From: Tricharina praecox
Taxonomy: Eukaryota
Direction: 5' to 3'
Assembly (NCBI RefSeq): GCF_024521635.1
Contig: NW_026250422.1
Coordinates: forward strand, 372,001 to 436,000
DNA: 64,000 bases
The position numbers and the translations under genes are program-made. The notes under the pieces are model-generated. The model worked only from the letters and a program-made list of their open reading frames with translations, ran no database searches and was not told the origin of the DNA. How positions within the stretch are numbered: the stretch's first letter is position 1; every line of letters starts with the position of its first letter. Below, piece after piece: positions 52,130 to 64,000 of the stretch.

Positions 52130-52221
52130 TGATTCAGCCGGGATTTGAACCCGGGTCGGGCGCAGAATGCTAATGCTAAATGCAATGGCAAGCGCCCATG
52201 ATACCCCTACACTACTGAGTC
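52130..52221 (-). tRNA. tRNA with GCC (Gly) anticodon, 21-nt intron, atypical acceptor stem
   Basis: Mature sequence identical to 51067-51158; intron differs. Confidence 0.9.
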
Positions 52222-52494
52222 GGTTGATGTATTTTCAAGTGCTAGGATTAATATATTACGATGTAAATATTAATAGTTATGCTGTTCTTTCTGTTTTCTG
52301 ACGGCTGTCTGGCCTTATTAGGTGTCTGCCGCCATCTTCAGTTCATTCATGAGACGGGCGGACAGCAGTAGTCAGTTATTAATGAAACCCTAAGACGGAC
52401 AGACCGCCGGACAATAGAGAACCCTTCGCCACATGTTGCAGCGAGAATCTGACATTGATTATACAGTATTCATACATCCATCCATCGCATCCCA

Positions 52495-55400
52495 TCACCT
52501 CCCCCTCTTCCCCCACTCCAAATCCGGCGTCGTAAGCGCCCTCCTCATGCCCATCCTCAACCTACTCGGCGCGGGCAGCGGCGGCGGCAACTGTCCAACG
52601 GCATCCATCTCCTCCTCATCCTTCGCGCCGCCAATCCCCTCCTCCAGCACGACGACCTCCTGCACCTCACTCGTAGTCGTAGCGGACAGCGCACGCTCCT
52701 CGACATCGATATCATCCTCTTCGTAATCCGTGCCCTCACTGTCACTAACCTCGTCCTCGCCTGCCGCGTGCAAGCTCTCATCGATGACCTGGTAGAACTC
52801 AGATTTTGGGGGCAGACGCGGTCCCGCGGCACCGAGCTGGAGGCTGGCGCTGGCTACTTTGCTGGTAGATTTTCGCGCGGCGGAGGAGGTGACGGGCGCC
52901 ACGATGCTGGGGAAGTACGATGAGTACTGGCACAGGATGACGAACGGCTGCTTGAACCGCTGGAGGAGGGCTTCGCCGGCGGTGACTTTGCGGCGCGGTG
53001 TTTTGATGGCGCGTACCGTGTAGACCGAGGTCCCGGTGGGGTTGAAGTTCGGGTCTGGGTTCGGGTGGAATAGCGAGGCGACGCTGAGGGTGCCTGGTCG
53101 CAGCTCGTTCGGCGTCCACCCTACTATCCAGCCGGTGAAGAGGACCAAAAGTACGTACGCTGCGCCGACGAGCGCTAGATCGAATGGTAGAAAGGCGATC
53201 CGGAATGGCACCAGCACGAGGTTCCAGATCCATCTTCCGCCGTGGAAGCTCGCCGCTGTCGCTTGGAAGAGTGTAATCAGCCCGCCCAGTTGTCGTAGTT
53301 CCGAGGCCGGGAAGACGATGAAGAAGCGCACGCAACAGAACCATACAAAGTAGAGGACCGCTGGAACTTGCTTCCCGCGCTCACGCTCGAGAACCCGCCA
53401 CGCCTCGTTCATTTCCTTTAGGTCCGAAGACCGCTTGCTCCACGCTCCGGGGAACTTCTCCATGGACTTCTGCATGTGATAGGATAGTTTTCGGGTTCCG
53501 GTTGAGAAGAGGGTTATCACCGAACCCATGCCGAGTCCGAGGAAGGAGGTGAAGATGAATACTAGGCCTAATATTATACCGAATGTTTTCATGTTTTGGG
53601 ACGCCGCAGGAAGGGCTTCCATTCCAAATAACTAGAGAGGGTTAGCAAGCCATAGTCTGGAGGGATCTGGTTAATGACTCACTCCAATCACCAGCGATGC
53701 AGGGAGGTATATCAGGGTGAGAACTGTAAGGACTTGGACCGTCTCCGCCTTACTGGGTCAGCATTGATTGGGCCCGGGCAAGAAGCGGTACTGACCTGGC
53801 TAACAGCCACCCTCGACTCCATAACGCCCGAAGTACTCACCAGCGCATCCCTCTAAAATCCCCACTGTAAGCATCCGCAGGCAGAACGAGTGAGATATCA
53901 ACCCACCAAATCCTTCAACTCATTATACTTGGCCTCGATCCTCGTATTGACCTGTTTGACCCTCTGCAGCTTACTCCTAAACGCGGTCTCAGAGATCAAG
54001 TTCCGGCCATTCTTGACGCCACTACGAGCTCGGATTCGGTGGTCCCTCGCGGCGTCTTTCAGCACGTCTAGTTTGGTCTTCTCGAAGTCTTCCACCTGGA
54101 TCAGGAGGTTGTAGATGCTCCGTTGCATCCGCCGAAGTAGTTGCAGTGACCATTGGAGGTTCTTGGTTTTGGAGAAGGTTTGGTTGTCGAATAGGAGCTT
54201 TTCTGCGTCTTTCTGGGAGAGCTGGGAGATGGTTGGTTATCAGGACGGCCTGGATATAGTGAAGGCACTTACAATACTGTCGCCATCGAGCTCATATTCG
54301 AGCGTCTTCAATACTGCTGACATTCCTTTGTCGACTGCAAAGTCGATGATCCGTGCTGTGCACGTCAGCTGCATGATCGCTAGAGAGAAGCTGACACGCC
54401 CACCTACCTAGCTTGTCCAAGAACACCTCCTGTGGTGAGGTATATGTCCCCTGTTTCGCTTGATCCAGCCACTTGAGGGCCAATGCCTCTTCATAGTCCC
54501 CAATCGAATGAATAGTCCAATACGTCCCACTCCTCATCTCCAGGGTATCAAACACGATCGAAGCGGTGGACTCCCGGACGCCAATATCCGTGCCATTCCC
54601 TGAATCCGGCGAGGCAAGAAACGAGGCACGGAGTTTTGCGCCGAACGCAACTTTCGGCTTGGATGTCTTGGATTTTATGTAACTGATTGGATTCCGTCTC
54701 TCGGACTTGTCACCACTCGAATGCTCCATGAATGACGCGGAGAAGAGGAAAGTCTGGTGCTTGAAGTTTATGTTGACGGCTTGAAGGGTGATGGGCTCGC
54801 GGCTGAGCGTGTTGTCGATTACTGTGGAGAGACTGGAGATGGGCTCGGTGTCTACGCTTTTTTGGAACGCTACACTCTTGAGAATCAACACTGTGTTTGG
54901 GGTGATTTCTTTGACGGAGCTTGGGATCAAGTTAGCTGAGGATTGTTATGTATCTCCACATGGACATATATGGGGACATACAGATCTCGTCCGAGCGCTT
55001 CGTACTCAAAAGGAACAGGCGGTCTCTCCTCTTCTTCCGAAGTCGGCGCTTCCGTCTCTTCTGGGGGTATGACATGCACTTTCATTCCCCACCGGGCCGT
55101 GACTGTAAGCGGATCAATCTTGCTCGAAACTTCTGCCGTCATATTGGCTCTCTGACCATATCTTTAGTTCAACATCTTCCTACTAGTTCAGATCAACAAC
55201 CTCCAACCTACCGGCATTGCAAGGAAATTCCAAAGCACCTCATCTCCCTCTCTTATATCGTGCTGGATGAGCTTATCTGACCTTGCGGAATAATAGTCTC
55301 TGATCCTCACGTGCACAGGCTTATTCGCCGGACCAACTAGCGCAAGAAATGCAGACACTGGGTCTTCTTCGTCGTTAACATCCACATAATCCGACTTCAT

Positions 55401-55778
55401 GAACTGGCGCATCGAAATCCGTTGGCTCGCCAGCGGCAGCTGGAAGAACCTATCACGTGCCTCCTTGAACGTCTCGAGCTGCAGGCGAGACTCCAAGTCA
55501 TCAACGATCGGGCTGTCGAGATTATTCTGACCATCTTGCGAAAATGGGAAGTCGGCCGCGAGCGTGGTTTGGATCGATCTGAGGATCGGTCTCTGTTGTT
55601 TGGTCGGTGTATCCGCTACCACCGTCGCCGTGGCAGCAGCAGTTGTTTGCCCCGCCAGGAAAGCGCTAAAAAGCTGGAATTGCTGCTGCTGCGTTTGGTG
55701 GATTCCCGCCAGGAGCTCCTTGAGGGCGTCAACATCTTCCTGGAGCCTGCGAACGTGCGCGGTGGAATCTGTCTCCAT
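52495..55778 (-). CDS. Multi-exon hypothetical protein with C-terminal hydrophobic (TM-like) segments
   Basis: Chain of minus-strand ORFs (55188-55778, 54927-55142, 54292-54930, 53898-54128, 52495-53622) separated by intron-sized gaps; family not recognised; internal junctions not all resolved. Confidence 0.65.
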
Positions 55779-56247
55779 CTTTGCTATGTCGACATGAAGA
55801 GATGCTGTTATGCTGTTATGCTAGGCGCCAATAATCATGTCTTCCTGCCACTTGAGGCGATTCTGTCCTTTATAACAGGAGGTACGCCCACCTTCCGGCG
55901 ACAGCGGAGAAGCCCACTAACACCCCTGCTACCTGCGATGGTGCATGATCCGAGGAAAGAGTGGCGTAGGTAACTACCTGTCGTGGAAGGAATCTTCATC
56001 CGTACCTATCGTCCCAAGATCTATATCTCATCGCTTCCGACGGTTCGCCTCGAGCGATCTGTGGGACATACCGGTATTTGATTGGGATCGCTGGATGCGC
56101 TGTATGTAACTAGCAGACGACGCAACATCGCTCCCGAAACACTGCATGTCTTCCCTTGGCTTCAACGTGATGCAATACGTAAAGATACTTATCTGGGCTT
56201 CCTCGGTATCATTCTCAGCTCAACGACTGAACGCATTTCGCACACTC

Positions 56248-56339
56248 TCTTCTTCTTCTTCTTCTTCTTCTTCTTCTTCTTCTTCTTCTTCTTCTTCTTC
56301 TTCTTCTTCTTCTTCTTCTTCTTCTTCTTCTTCTTCTTG
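56248..56339 (+). repeat. (CTT)~30 microsatellite
   Basis: Perfect trinucleotide run. Confidence 0.97.
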
Positions 56340-56915
56340 CCTTTATTTGCATTTCGGCGGGACAACCTCCGTCCTCAGAAGCCCGGTAGCTTCGTCTCGA
56401 AAGAAACAACCAAGACAGGTATCGTGGACCAAACAACCTTGATTGGCGATGACCAGCGAGCTTCTTTCCTTGAACTTGCTGGCTAGTCCAATTTCTCCGA
56501 TGATTGGTTCGGGCCGCTCGAACCACAAGGTGCTGGGTTCGGGCCGGACCAATCATATCGGCTTTGGCGGATTGCCATCATACAGAATCGAAATCCGATT
56601 TTGACGGAGCGGGGCGCACCGACAGGTTTAGTGGCTTTCCAGAATGCAATACACAGGCGGGGACTGCAGCCTGAATGATTGGGGCGGTTGCTTGTGTGTG
56701 TTGTTGCCGTTAACTATGATGAGGCGAACGGTATTGATAGACAAGTACCAAGACTTCACTGAGCAGGGTTCAGGGTCTGGTTATGTCTGCCAAAAAAAAC
56801 TCTAAATTTGAGATTACCGTCAACCCCAAACAATCTACCACGACCACGGCCTCAATCTCTCACTCCCACACCGCCGCCACCTCGGCCTCCTCCTCCAGCT
56901 CTTTCGTTCGCCACC

Positions 56916-58799
56916 ATGCTGAAATGTCAGAGCTGCCTGCGGAGTAACCTCACCATATTCCTCTCCATCCACACACCGCTTCCACCCCACCGCGGGGGAG
57001 TGCGTGCTAAATCCACCGTCACAAAATCGGCCACCGCCTACCGCCCACGGTCCAACGAACCCCGCCACCGGTCCAACGAGCCGGTACGCAACACAGCAAG
57101 ATCAATTCTCAACCGTCCGCCGGACCGGCGGGTGCTGCTGCTCTATGACCAGGGACGCAAACTCGAGACGCGGGATCCGCGCGAGGTGATGGGGCATGTC
57201 GAACGTTTTCTGGCGCATGAAGACGTCGCCAGGGCGCATCGGATTCTGGAACAGGCGTCCGGGAGGATTGGCACTGTGGCGGCGTGGAACACACTCATAC
57301 GACACTCGATGGAGAAGCAACAGCCTGCCAGGGCACTGAGGTTCTACAATGATATGAAGAAGCGGGGTGTGAAGCCGGATTCCTATACCTATAGTCACCT
57401 CCTCAGCGGGTTTGCGTGGCAGAAGGAGCCAAAGCCTGTATACGCCACTGAAGCGCTCAAGATTTACGACCACCTTTGCAATAAGAATGATGAGATCAAG
57501 CCGGCTATTATTCACACGAACGCTTTACTTTCGGTATGTCTCAAGTGCGGCGACATGGACAAAGCCTGGAAGATTATCTCCCAACTGCCCGACGCAGGAC
57601 CAGGCTCTCCCGACGTGACAACCTACACCATCTTCATCCGGGGCCTCTCCGGAAAGGGTGATGAGTCGATCGCTGACGGAAAGCGAGCGTGGGCCGGTAT
57701 TCTGAGTCGCTGGGCCAACGGAGATCTCAAGGTCGACGAGTACCTGGTGAACGCATATCTGGAAATGCTCTGCTCGGCTACATCTCCTTCGCACTGGCGG
57801 GAAGTCTTCGTCATCGCTAACCAGATGTACGGCATCCAACTCCCGGCCGATTTCATCGAGAAAAACCCTCTCCTGCCATTGATCTCGCGGAAACACGACT
57901 TCGATGATGAGCGGCCCATTCCCGACGACTTCTCACTGGGTATTCTCCTCAGAGCCGCCGAAAAGATAAAAAACTTCCCATTGGCGGTCCACATCTGGAA
58001 AGAGATCACCACCACGCACAGAGTCACCCCAGGGCCGATCCCCACGCACCTCTACCTCCGCTGTGCCTCCATCTGCCACGCCGGCGCCGCAGCCGCGGAC
58101 ATGATCGAGAACCCGCCGCGCCGTGTTGAACTCACCGAGTGGAACTACGTACTGGCACTCCGGGCGTGCATTACCTCTGGCGGGCCGCAACAATCCTACC
58201 TCAGCGGCGACCGAATCCTGACGGTAGCCGAGAACAACGGCAAAGCCGGACTCCTGGTCGCGCGAACATTCCTGCTGGTCGCGCTGACGTCCATGGACGC
58301 AAAAATCATCAAGCGCGCCGTGCTCCGCATCGAGAAGTTCACCAAACCGTCGAACCTCGACAGCTGGCGCGAAAGCTCGCTGGACCTCCCGCGCGACCGC
58401 GCCGAGGCCGCGAAGCTGTTCGTTGCTACACTCAAAAAGGCCGTCTTCTGGGATTGCATCGTTTGGGGCCGCTTCGAGGAGTCTAGATGGATGGATAAAT
58501 TCCGCGATGTCAAGAGGACACTGCGTGCCTGGGACGAGCTGGCGCAGGAGAAGGAGTTGCTCGAGGAGGAGGACGAGGACGAGGCGGACGAAAGGGAGAA
58601 CTTCGGGATCTTTGCTGCTGCCGCCGCCGGCGCAAGGCCGAAGGAGAGGAAGGTGCACGTTCGATACATAGCCGAGAAGAAGGTGGAGGTGATGACGGAA
58701 GCAGAGAAGAAGAATCCTGAGGTCAGACTGCCAAAGGTCATGGCGGAGCTCAAGAGGTTCTCGTCGAGGCAGAGGCAGAGCTATATCAACAGCTTGTAG
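56916..58799 (+). CDS. Pentatricopeptide-repeat protein, probably mitochondrial
   Basis: AWNTLI...FYNDMKKRGVKPDSYTY, IIHTNALL and PDVTTYT PPR motifs; basic N-terminus; first ATG at 56916. Confidence 0.9.
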   Translation: MLKCQSCLRSNLTIFLSIHTPLPPHRGGVRAKSTVTKSATAYRPRSNEPRHRSNEPVRNTARSILNRPPDRRVLLLYDQGRKLETRDPREVMGHVERFLAHEDVARAHRILEQASGRIGTVAAWNTLIRHSMEKQQPARALRFYNDMKKRGVKPDSYTYSHLLSGFAWQKEPKPVYATEALKIYDHLCNKNDEIKPAIIHTNALLSVCLKCGDMDKAWKIISQLPDAGPGSPDVTTYTIFIRGLSGKGDESIADGKRAWAGILSRWANGDLKVDEYLVNAYLEMLCSATSPSHWREVFVIANQMYGIQLPADFIEKNPLLPLISRKHDFDDERPIPDDFSLGILLRAAEKIKNFPLAVHIWKEITTTHRVTPGPIPTHLYLRCASICHAGAAAADMIENPPRRVELTEWNYVLALRACITSGGPQQSYLSGDRILTVAENNGKAGLLVARTFLLVALTSMDAKIIKRAVLRIEKFTKPSNLDSWRESSLDLPRDRAEAAKLFVATLKKAVFWDCIVWGRFEESRWMDKFRDVKRTLRAWDELAQEKELLEEEDEDEADERENFGIFAAAAAGARPKERKVHVRYIAEKKVEVMTEAEKKNPEVRLPKVMAELKRFSSRQRQSYINSL

Positions 58800-61289
58800 G
58801 CGGGGGGAATTCGGGGTGAATGTGTTGTGTAGGGGTGTACTATATTGCGGTGTTTTGCGCGTGTTTTGCTACATATGAACGTATGTAGAGCGGGGAGAAG
58901 AATGCCTGCCTGTTGCGAGAATAGATGCTTCGCCGCGGGACTCGGGAGTAGGGCTGGGCTTTCTTGATCGTTGAAAGCGGTCCAGCAGAAATGTTGCTGT
59001 CCTCCAATGAAAGTTAAGCCACATCAAAGCAACCCCCAGAGCGGTCCACGACCGTAGACATTGTCATACGGACCCAAATGTTGCCGTAACCGGCCGCTCA
59101 ATCGGCCCTTCCAGTGACTGCATTGTACATACGGCGACCCGGTCGAGCTCAACCTTTAGGCCGATCTTGTGACATGCGAAATGGCGAGACGGGTCCGGAT
59201 CGAGAGCAATGTTGGCCTCTGCTAGGTATAACCCGATGCCGATCTTCTGTAATCGATCACTCGTAATGTCTTTGTCACTTGAATCCCCCGGACTCCGTTC
59301 CCACTCACACAACGTGGAGCTGGCAGGAAAGGATGTTATGTGTGTGCAGTCTCTATAGTCTGGCAAGGCCGAAGGTATGCGATAATAAATCGATATTCTC
59401 TCCCTCCCTCTCTCCCTCTCTCTCTCCACTCACACAACCACCGTCCACGTGCCATCCTCTCCGCTTCACTTCAATATAAGCAGATCTCTATCATTAGCTG
59501 GTAGCTCAAACTGAGGCAATTAGTGCGAAGAGGGTGGAGATGACAATATGTATGAATCTATCCAATATCGCAAAAGCAATTATGCTACACATGTACCTAA
59601 GTGCTTCCCCGCACCGGACGGGGATCCATCATCATCATCATTAGCATCATAATATGTAGCGGATTCGTGCGATGTGCGGCTGCGACATGTGTAAGCTTTA
59701 AAGTAGGTGTTCGATGGGCGATAAATACGATCGAATAACTTGTGGATGTAGTGTCGGTTGCCGCATCGCCGTTCTAGACAGTACCGGTATGTACTCTAAT
59801 CGAGTAAACGGAGGTATGATATGTACCCACTTGACCTTCACTGAACCTCTCCTCTTTTACATACAGATCTCGAAAAGGTGAGAGGTAGAATATCAATCTA
59901 TCGTCGCATACGGCCTATCTAGACTATGCCTACAGCTCTCGAAATCTCCAGCACACCTTGACCACGAGTGACCGTCCATGAGCAAATGAATGTCGTTATC
60001 TACCTAGTAGATACCGGTAACCATTAGAAATGACTTGCATTGCGTATAAAATCGCCGCTTGCGATTACCATCGTAGGACACCCTCGATGGCGATAGAGTG
60101 CTCACCTGTAACCACCCACGGCTGTCTGCTGTGCGACCCAATAGAGTACCCAGAGTACCGATCTTTTCTTGGCATCGCCAAATCCCCCTTCCCCCAATTT
60201 CCTCAACGCCATTCTTGAGCTCGAGGAAGTCGTCTTTCCAGCTCAAGATGATTTGCCTTTTCCACTCGGACAAGATTTGGGCATTCCCTCCCTGAATCTC
60301 GAAACCCCTCACGCTCGCATCAGCCAACCGAGAACATGCTTCATTGGTTCACTGCAGCAGCCTGCACTGTGCAGTAGCCCCTGTGAAATGAGTGCATGGA
60401 CCATATCTACTCTGGTTCTAGATACATACCGACCGCATACATATCACCACCAGAATCATCACCTTTATTTGTGCCAGCTCACGCTGCTCACCCTTCCTCG
60501 CTGCGACGAATTTTTTTCACTTTTTTCGGTGGACTTCTTCCGCAGCAGCGTCCAAACCCCTCCCCCCGTCCCCCAGCGTTCGTTGACCGCCCCACCGACC
60601 GAGGAGCGAGCCATACAGATCCCAGGACCAACCAGGGCGCGCATAGAGTAGTGAGATCCTCGCGGTTCGGTTCGCTACGAGGATATACCAACCGTATCGT
60701 ACTCCACCCTGCTCTACCGCACTCGACGTGCCTTCGATTCTTCGAGGCCTCGCCAGGCCAGGTGACTATCGCGTGTAGGGACATACCCACATACCCACAT
60801 ACCCACATTTGCTAGGTAGCGACGGATTGCCTGCTGCATACTGGAGTACCTACGGTACATCCATACTCGTGGATAGCTAATCGGCCAGCGAGCGAGCACT
60901 CCCAACCAAACCAAACCGTCGAGTCCTGTCCTGCGTGCGCGATTCTCTATCGCCGAAACGGAAGCATATACCTCGCACCCCCGTACGCACCTACATACAC
61001 ACATACCGCCGACCGACCGAACCATCTCCACATACATACATTAGATCATACACACATACACCGCAATCGCGAGCCATTCGTTCGTTCGTTCTCCAACGCC
61101 CACGCCAACGCCAAAAAAAACCCCCATATCGTACCGTACCGCACACACTCTACCAAACGGCCTGCAGCACCCCCCACAGAACCCGTTTCTAGAACGCGCC
61201 ATTCACCTGCTGCACCCACTCCGCAGCCACCACGTCTCGACTCTCACCGGCCCTCCTTTCGGCGGAGGCGTCGGACCAGGGAATGCGCC

Positions 61290-61338
61290 GTGGCCACCAG
61301 CGGGACCGCACACTACACGGAGCCCGCGGGCGTGCGTG

Positions 61339-61375
<37 letters not shown>

Positions 61376-64000
61376 GAGGAAAAGCGTACCTGTACCTGTA
61401 CCTGGAGAGGCAGAGGGAGGGGGGGCGGCGGTGGTGGGTGACGGGGGGCTCGCTGTCGCGCTTCCGAAGCTACTGCGCAAGCTCATCGGTGCGGTGGCAC
61501 CATTAAGAAACATCAATTGGGAAGCCTGGTTCCACGACGCCGACGTCGACGAGCACGGCTACGGCTACAGTAGTGATTCCGACGAGGACGAGGACGTGCG
61601 TGGCCGCTCTACCGCCGCAGCGCCGAAGAACAACGACGACAATAACAACAACAGCTGGCTTTTTCTACAGGACTATACTAGTAGACTCCTCCTGAGAAAC
61701 CTGCCTGATCTCGCACGCTTCACGACGGACGACTACAACGATCTCGACGATCACGATCACGATCACGGCTACGGCGAGTATCTCTCTACCCAAGAATTAG
61801 AAGAAGAAGCAGAGGCAGAAGGAAAAGAAGGAAAAGAAGAACAAGCAAGAGGAAGAACCCGGATGCGCAAAATGCTCACGGCACGCGACATGATCGAGCC
61901 TTCGTCTCGGAAGAGGTCAAAGTCCAAGGGCGAGAAGTCTTCGCAGGCTCGGGCCAAGGACGAGACCCCGGAAGAGAAGGAGGCGCGTCGTGAAGAGCGG
62001 CGCGCAAAGAAGGCGGATCGGCAGGCCCGGCAGGAAGCAGAGGCTCTGGCTCTCCTGGGTCTACCCAGGATGAGGCGCCACAGGGTCGGCGGCAAAGACA
62101 AGAAAAAGGATAAGGATAAGGGCAAGGACGAATCGAAGGGAAAAGAGATACTCGCCGCCGTCGCCGCCGAACCGTCACCACTACCACCACCTCCCAAAGA
62201 ATCGAAAGCGGAATCGAAAGCGGAATCGAAAGCGGAAAAGAAGACGAAGGTGTCGGTCAAAGATGTCATTAGCAGCGGGTTTACGGGAAAGTATGGGTCA
62301 TCCCTGGAAATGTCACGATATGTCACGATATATGCCCTTGTCGGCGAGGGGGGAGGGCGGGGGGGGGAGTTATCAATTTGCTGACGAGCTTTGTTTGTCC
62401 CAGCAGGAAATCCATAGTGACGGTCAAAAGGACAGGGTCTCCGAAACGAGAGGTTCGATCGAAACATCTTGCACGTGGTGCACATAGTAGAGACACCAGC
62501 CTAAATAATGTTAAAGACAGTTCGGCCCAGCCTCGCCAACACGGACAAGAACATCGTCATCACCGTCATCATGAGCACGCGTCCGCTGAGTCTGAACTTT
62601 CGTGTGGACGTTGTGTGAAGCGGGCGCGGAAGCGCGCGCAGGAGGCGACGGACGCCGCGGCGAAGGCGGATTTGGCGGAGAGGTTGGAGAGACCCGAGGG
62701 GGAGAGGGATCAGGCCGCGGCGAGGGACTTACGGCGCAGGAGGGAACATGATGAGCAGTTGGAGAGGGCCAAGGGGGTACAGGTGGCACCAGCACCTGTA
62801 GAAGTACCAAGAACAGAGAGGAGATCAAGATCACGAACAGTCACTTCGCGCGGTGCTTCGCCGCCACGACTGGTGGCGCCAACACAACGGGATCCGAGAC
62901 AGGTTGAGTTGATGAGAGCCAGGGATATCCAACGGGCCCAGGCGGCCACAGCAGCGGTTCGCCAGATGGCGGCAGTTCCGCCGAGACCAGCGTTAGTAAG
63001 ATCAAACTCGGAGAGGGCGCCGGCACGACATGTCGAAATCGTCACGCCAAGGCAGCAACCCGTGAGACAGCAACTCGTGAGACAGCAGCCCGTGAGACAG
63101 CCAGCCAGGACGGCAGAAAGAACGGCACAAAGAAATGTCGAGAGACCACAACCACAGCCGCCACCAGCACCGCCACCAGCGCGGCCGGCAGAGAGGACCA
63201 CGCGCGAGCGAGTTGTAGAGAGAATGCAGATAAGGCCTGCCAGGAGACAGCACATGCGAACGCAATCCGAACAACTGGATCGGACGAGACAAGTGGACGT
63301 CATACCAGAAGCACGGAGACAAAGCTTGAGGGCGCCGGTTCTACCTGCACCGGTTCTGAGAGCACTACAACCGCAGCCACAACCGCAACCACAAGCAGGG
63401 AGGCTAATATTGGAATTCGAACTTGGGACCAAACCACCAAAACTGTTTGTTGCGATGATTGTTACTGTTTTGGACCACACACTGATGATTGTTGACAGAA
63501 TCGTATGCGTTACCTGCATGGATGACGAAACCCCATCGACGGAAGCGGCGAAGGTAATCAGTCAAATTATAAATATGTTCCTTCAAATGTTTGCTTATTG
63601 GAATCTGTCTGTAGTTGGCTTGTGGGCACTGGTTTTGCAACGAGTGCTTAAAGCGACTCTTTATTCTTTCCCTGACGGATCCTGCTCACATGCCACCGAA
63701 ATGCTGCACACCAGACCATATCCCTCTGAAGCACGTCCAGAATCTCCTGTCGTACCAGAATAAGAAACTGTGGAATACCAAGTACCTCGAGTTTACGACA
63801 GCGAATCGGATATACTGCCCGAGTATCAACTGCGGTGAATGGATCCAGCCGAAGCATGTCCAGGACAACGTCGGGCATTGCCAGAAGTGCGCATTCGCTG
63901 TCTGTGTGACGTGTAATGGTAGGGCACATGGTGATGAGGATTGCCCGCAAGATCCGGAAATGCTCAAGTTCTTCGAGACTGCCGAGAAGCATAAGTTTCA
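61290..64000 (+). CDS. RBR (RING1-IBR) E3 ubiquitin ligase, 3'-partial; introns 62291-62406, 63445-63498, 63554-63614; start uncertain
   Basis: Spliced CVTCMDD...LACGHWFCNECL...PPKCC, then YCP..C...C..C...C..C...H....C IBR pattern open to the window end. Confidence 0.85.

Noticed and set aside
56082..56556. Poly-F/poly-S/poly-R ORFs
   Set aside because: Artefacts of the CTT microsatellite.
59064..60327. Possible minus-strand gene fragments
   Set aside because: No consistent start, splice structure or recognisable motif.

Overview
Eukaryotic DNA from a filamentous ascomycete fungus, inferred from short GT-AG introns with CTAAC/CTGAC branch sites and fungal gene content. About 14 conventional protein genes are supported: a MYND-finger protein, inositol monophosphatase, an F-box/ankyrin protein, ISA2, kynureninase, a Q-rich orphan, ELP6, a GMC oxidoreductase, squalene synthase, an NRDE/TANGO2 protein, an HVA22/REEP protein, a multi-exon membrane protein, a PPR protein and an RBR E3 ligase. 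A ~15 kb stretch (22.1-37.4 kb) lacks credible genes. Two things stand out. (1) An unrecognised multicopy gene family has six copies or relics, in three tandem pairs (2.7-5.4, 12.6-15.6, 39.5-40.9 kb). It encodes a basic N-tail, a small core, an acidic coil and a C-terminal CaaX box, and carries a conserved 57-nt stem-loop 15-19 nt after the stop. Only one copy looks complete. (2) Three intron-containing tRNA genes have a Gly (GCC) anticodon but an A2:U71 acceptor pair instead of the C2:G71 glycine identity pair. A solo LTR with a 5-bp TSD, a TA-flanked TIR element and a degenerate TIR element are also visible. Exon boundaries were read by eye and no database searches were run.
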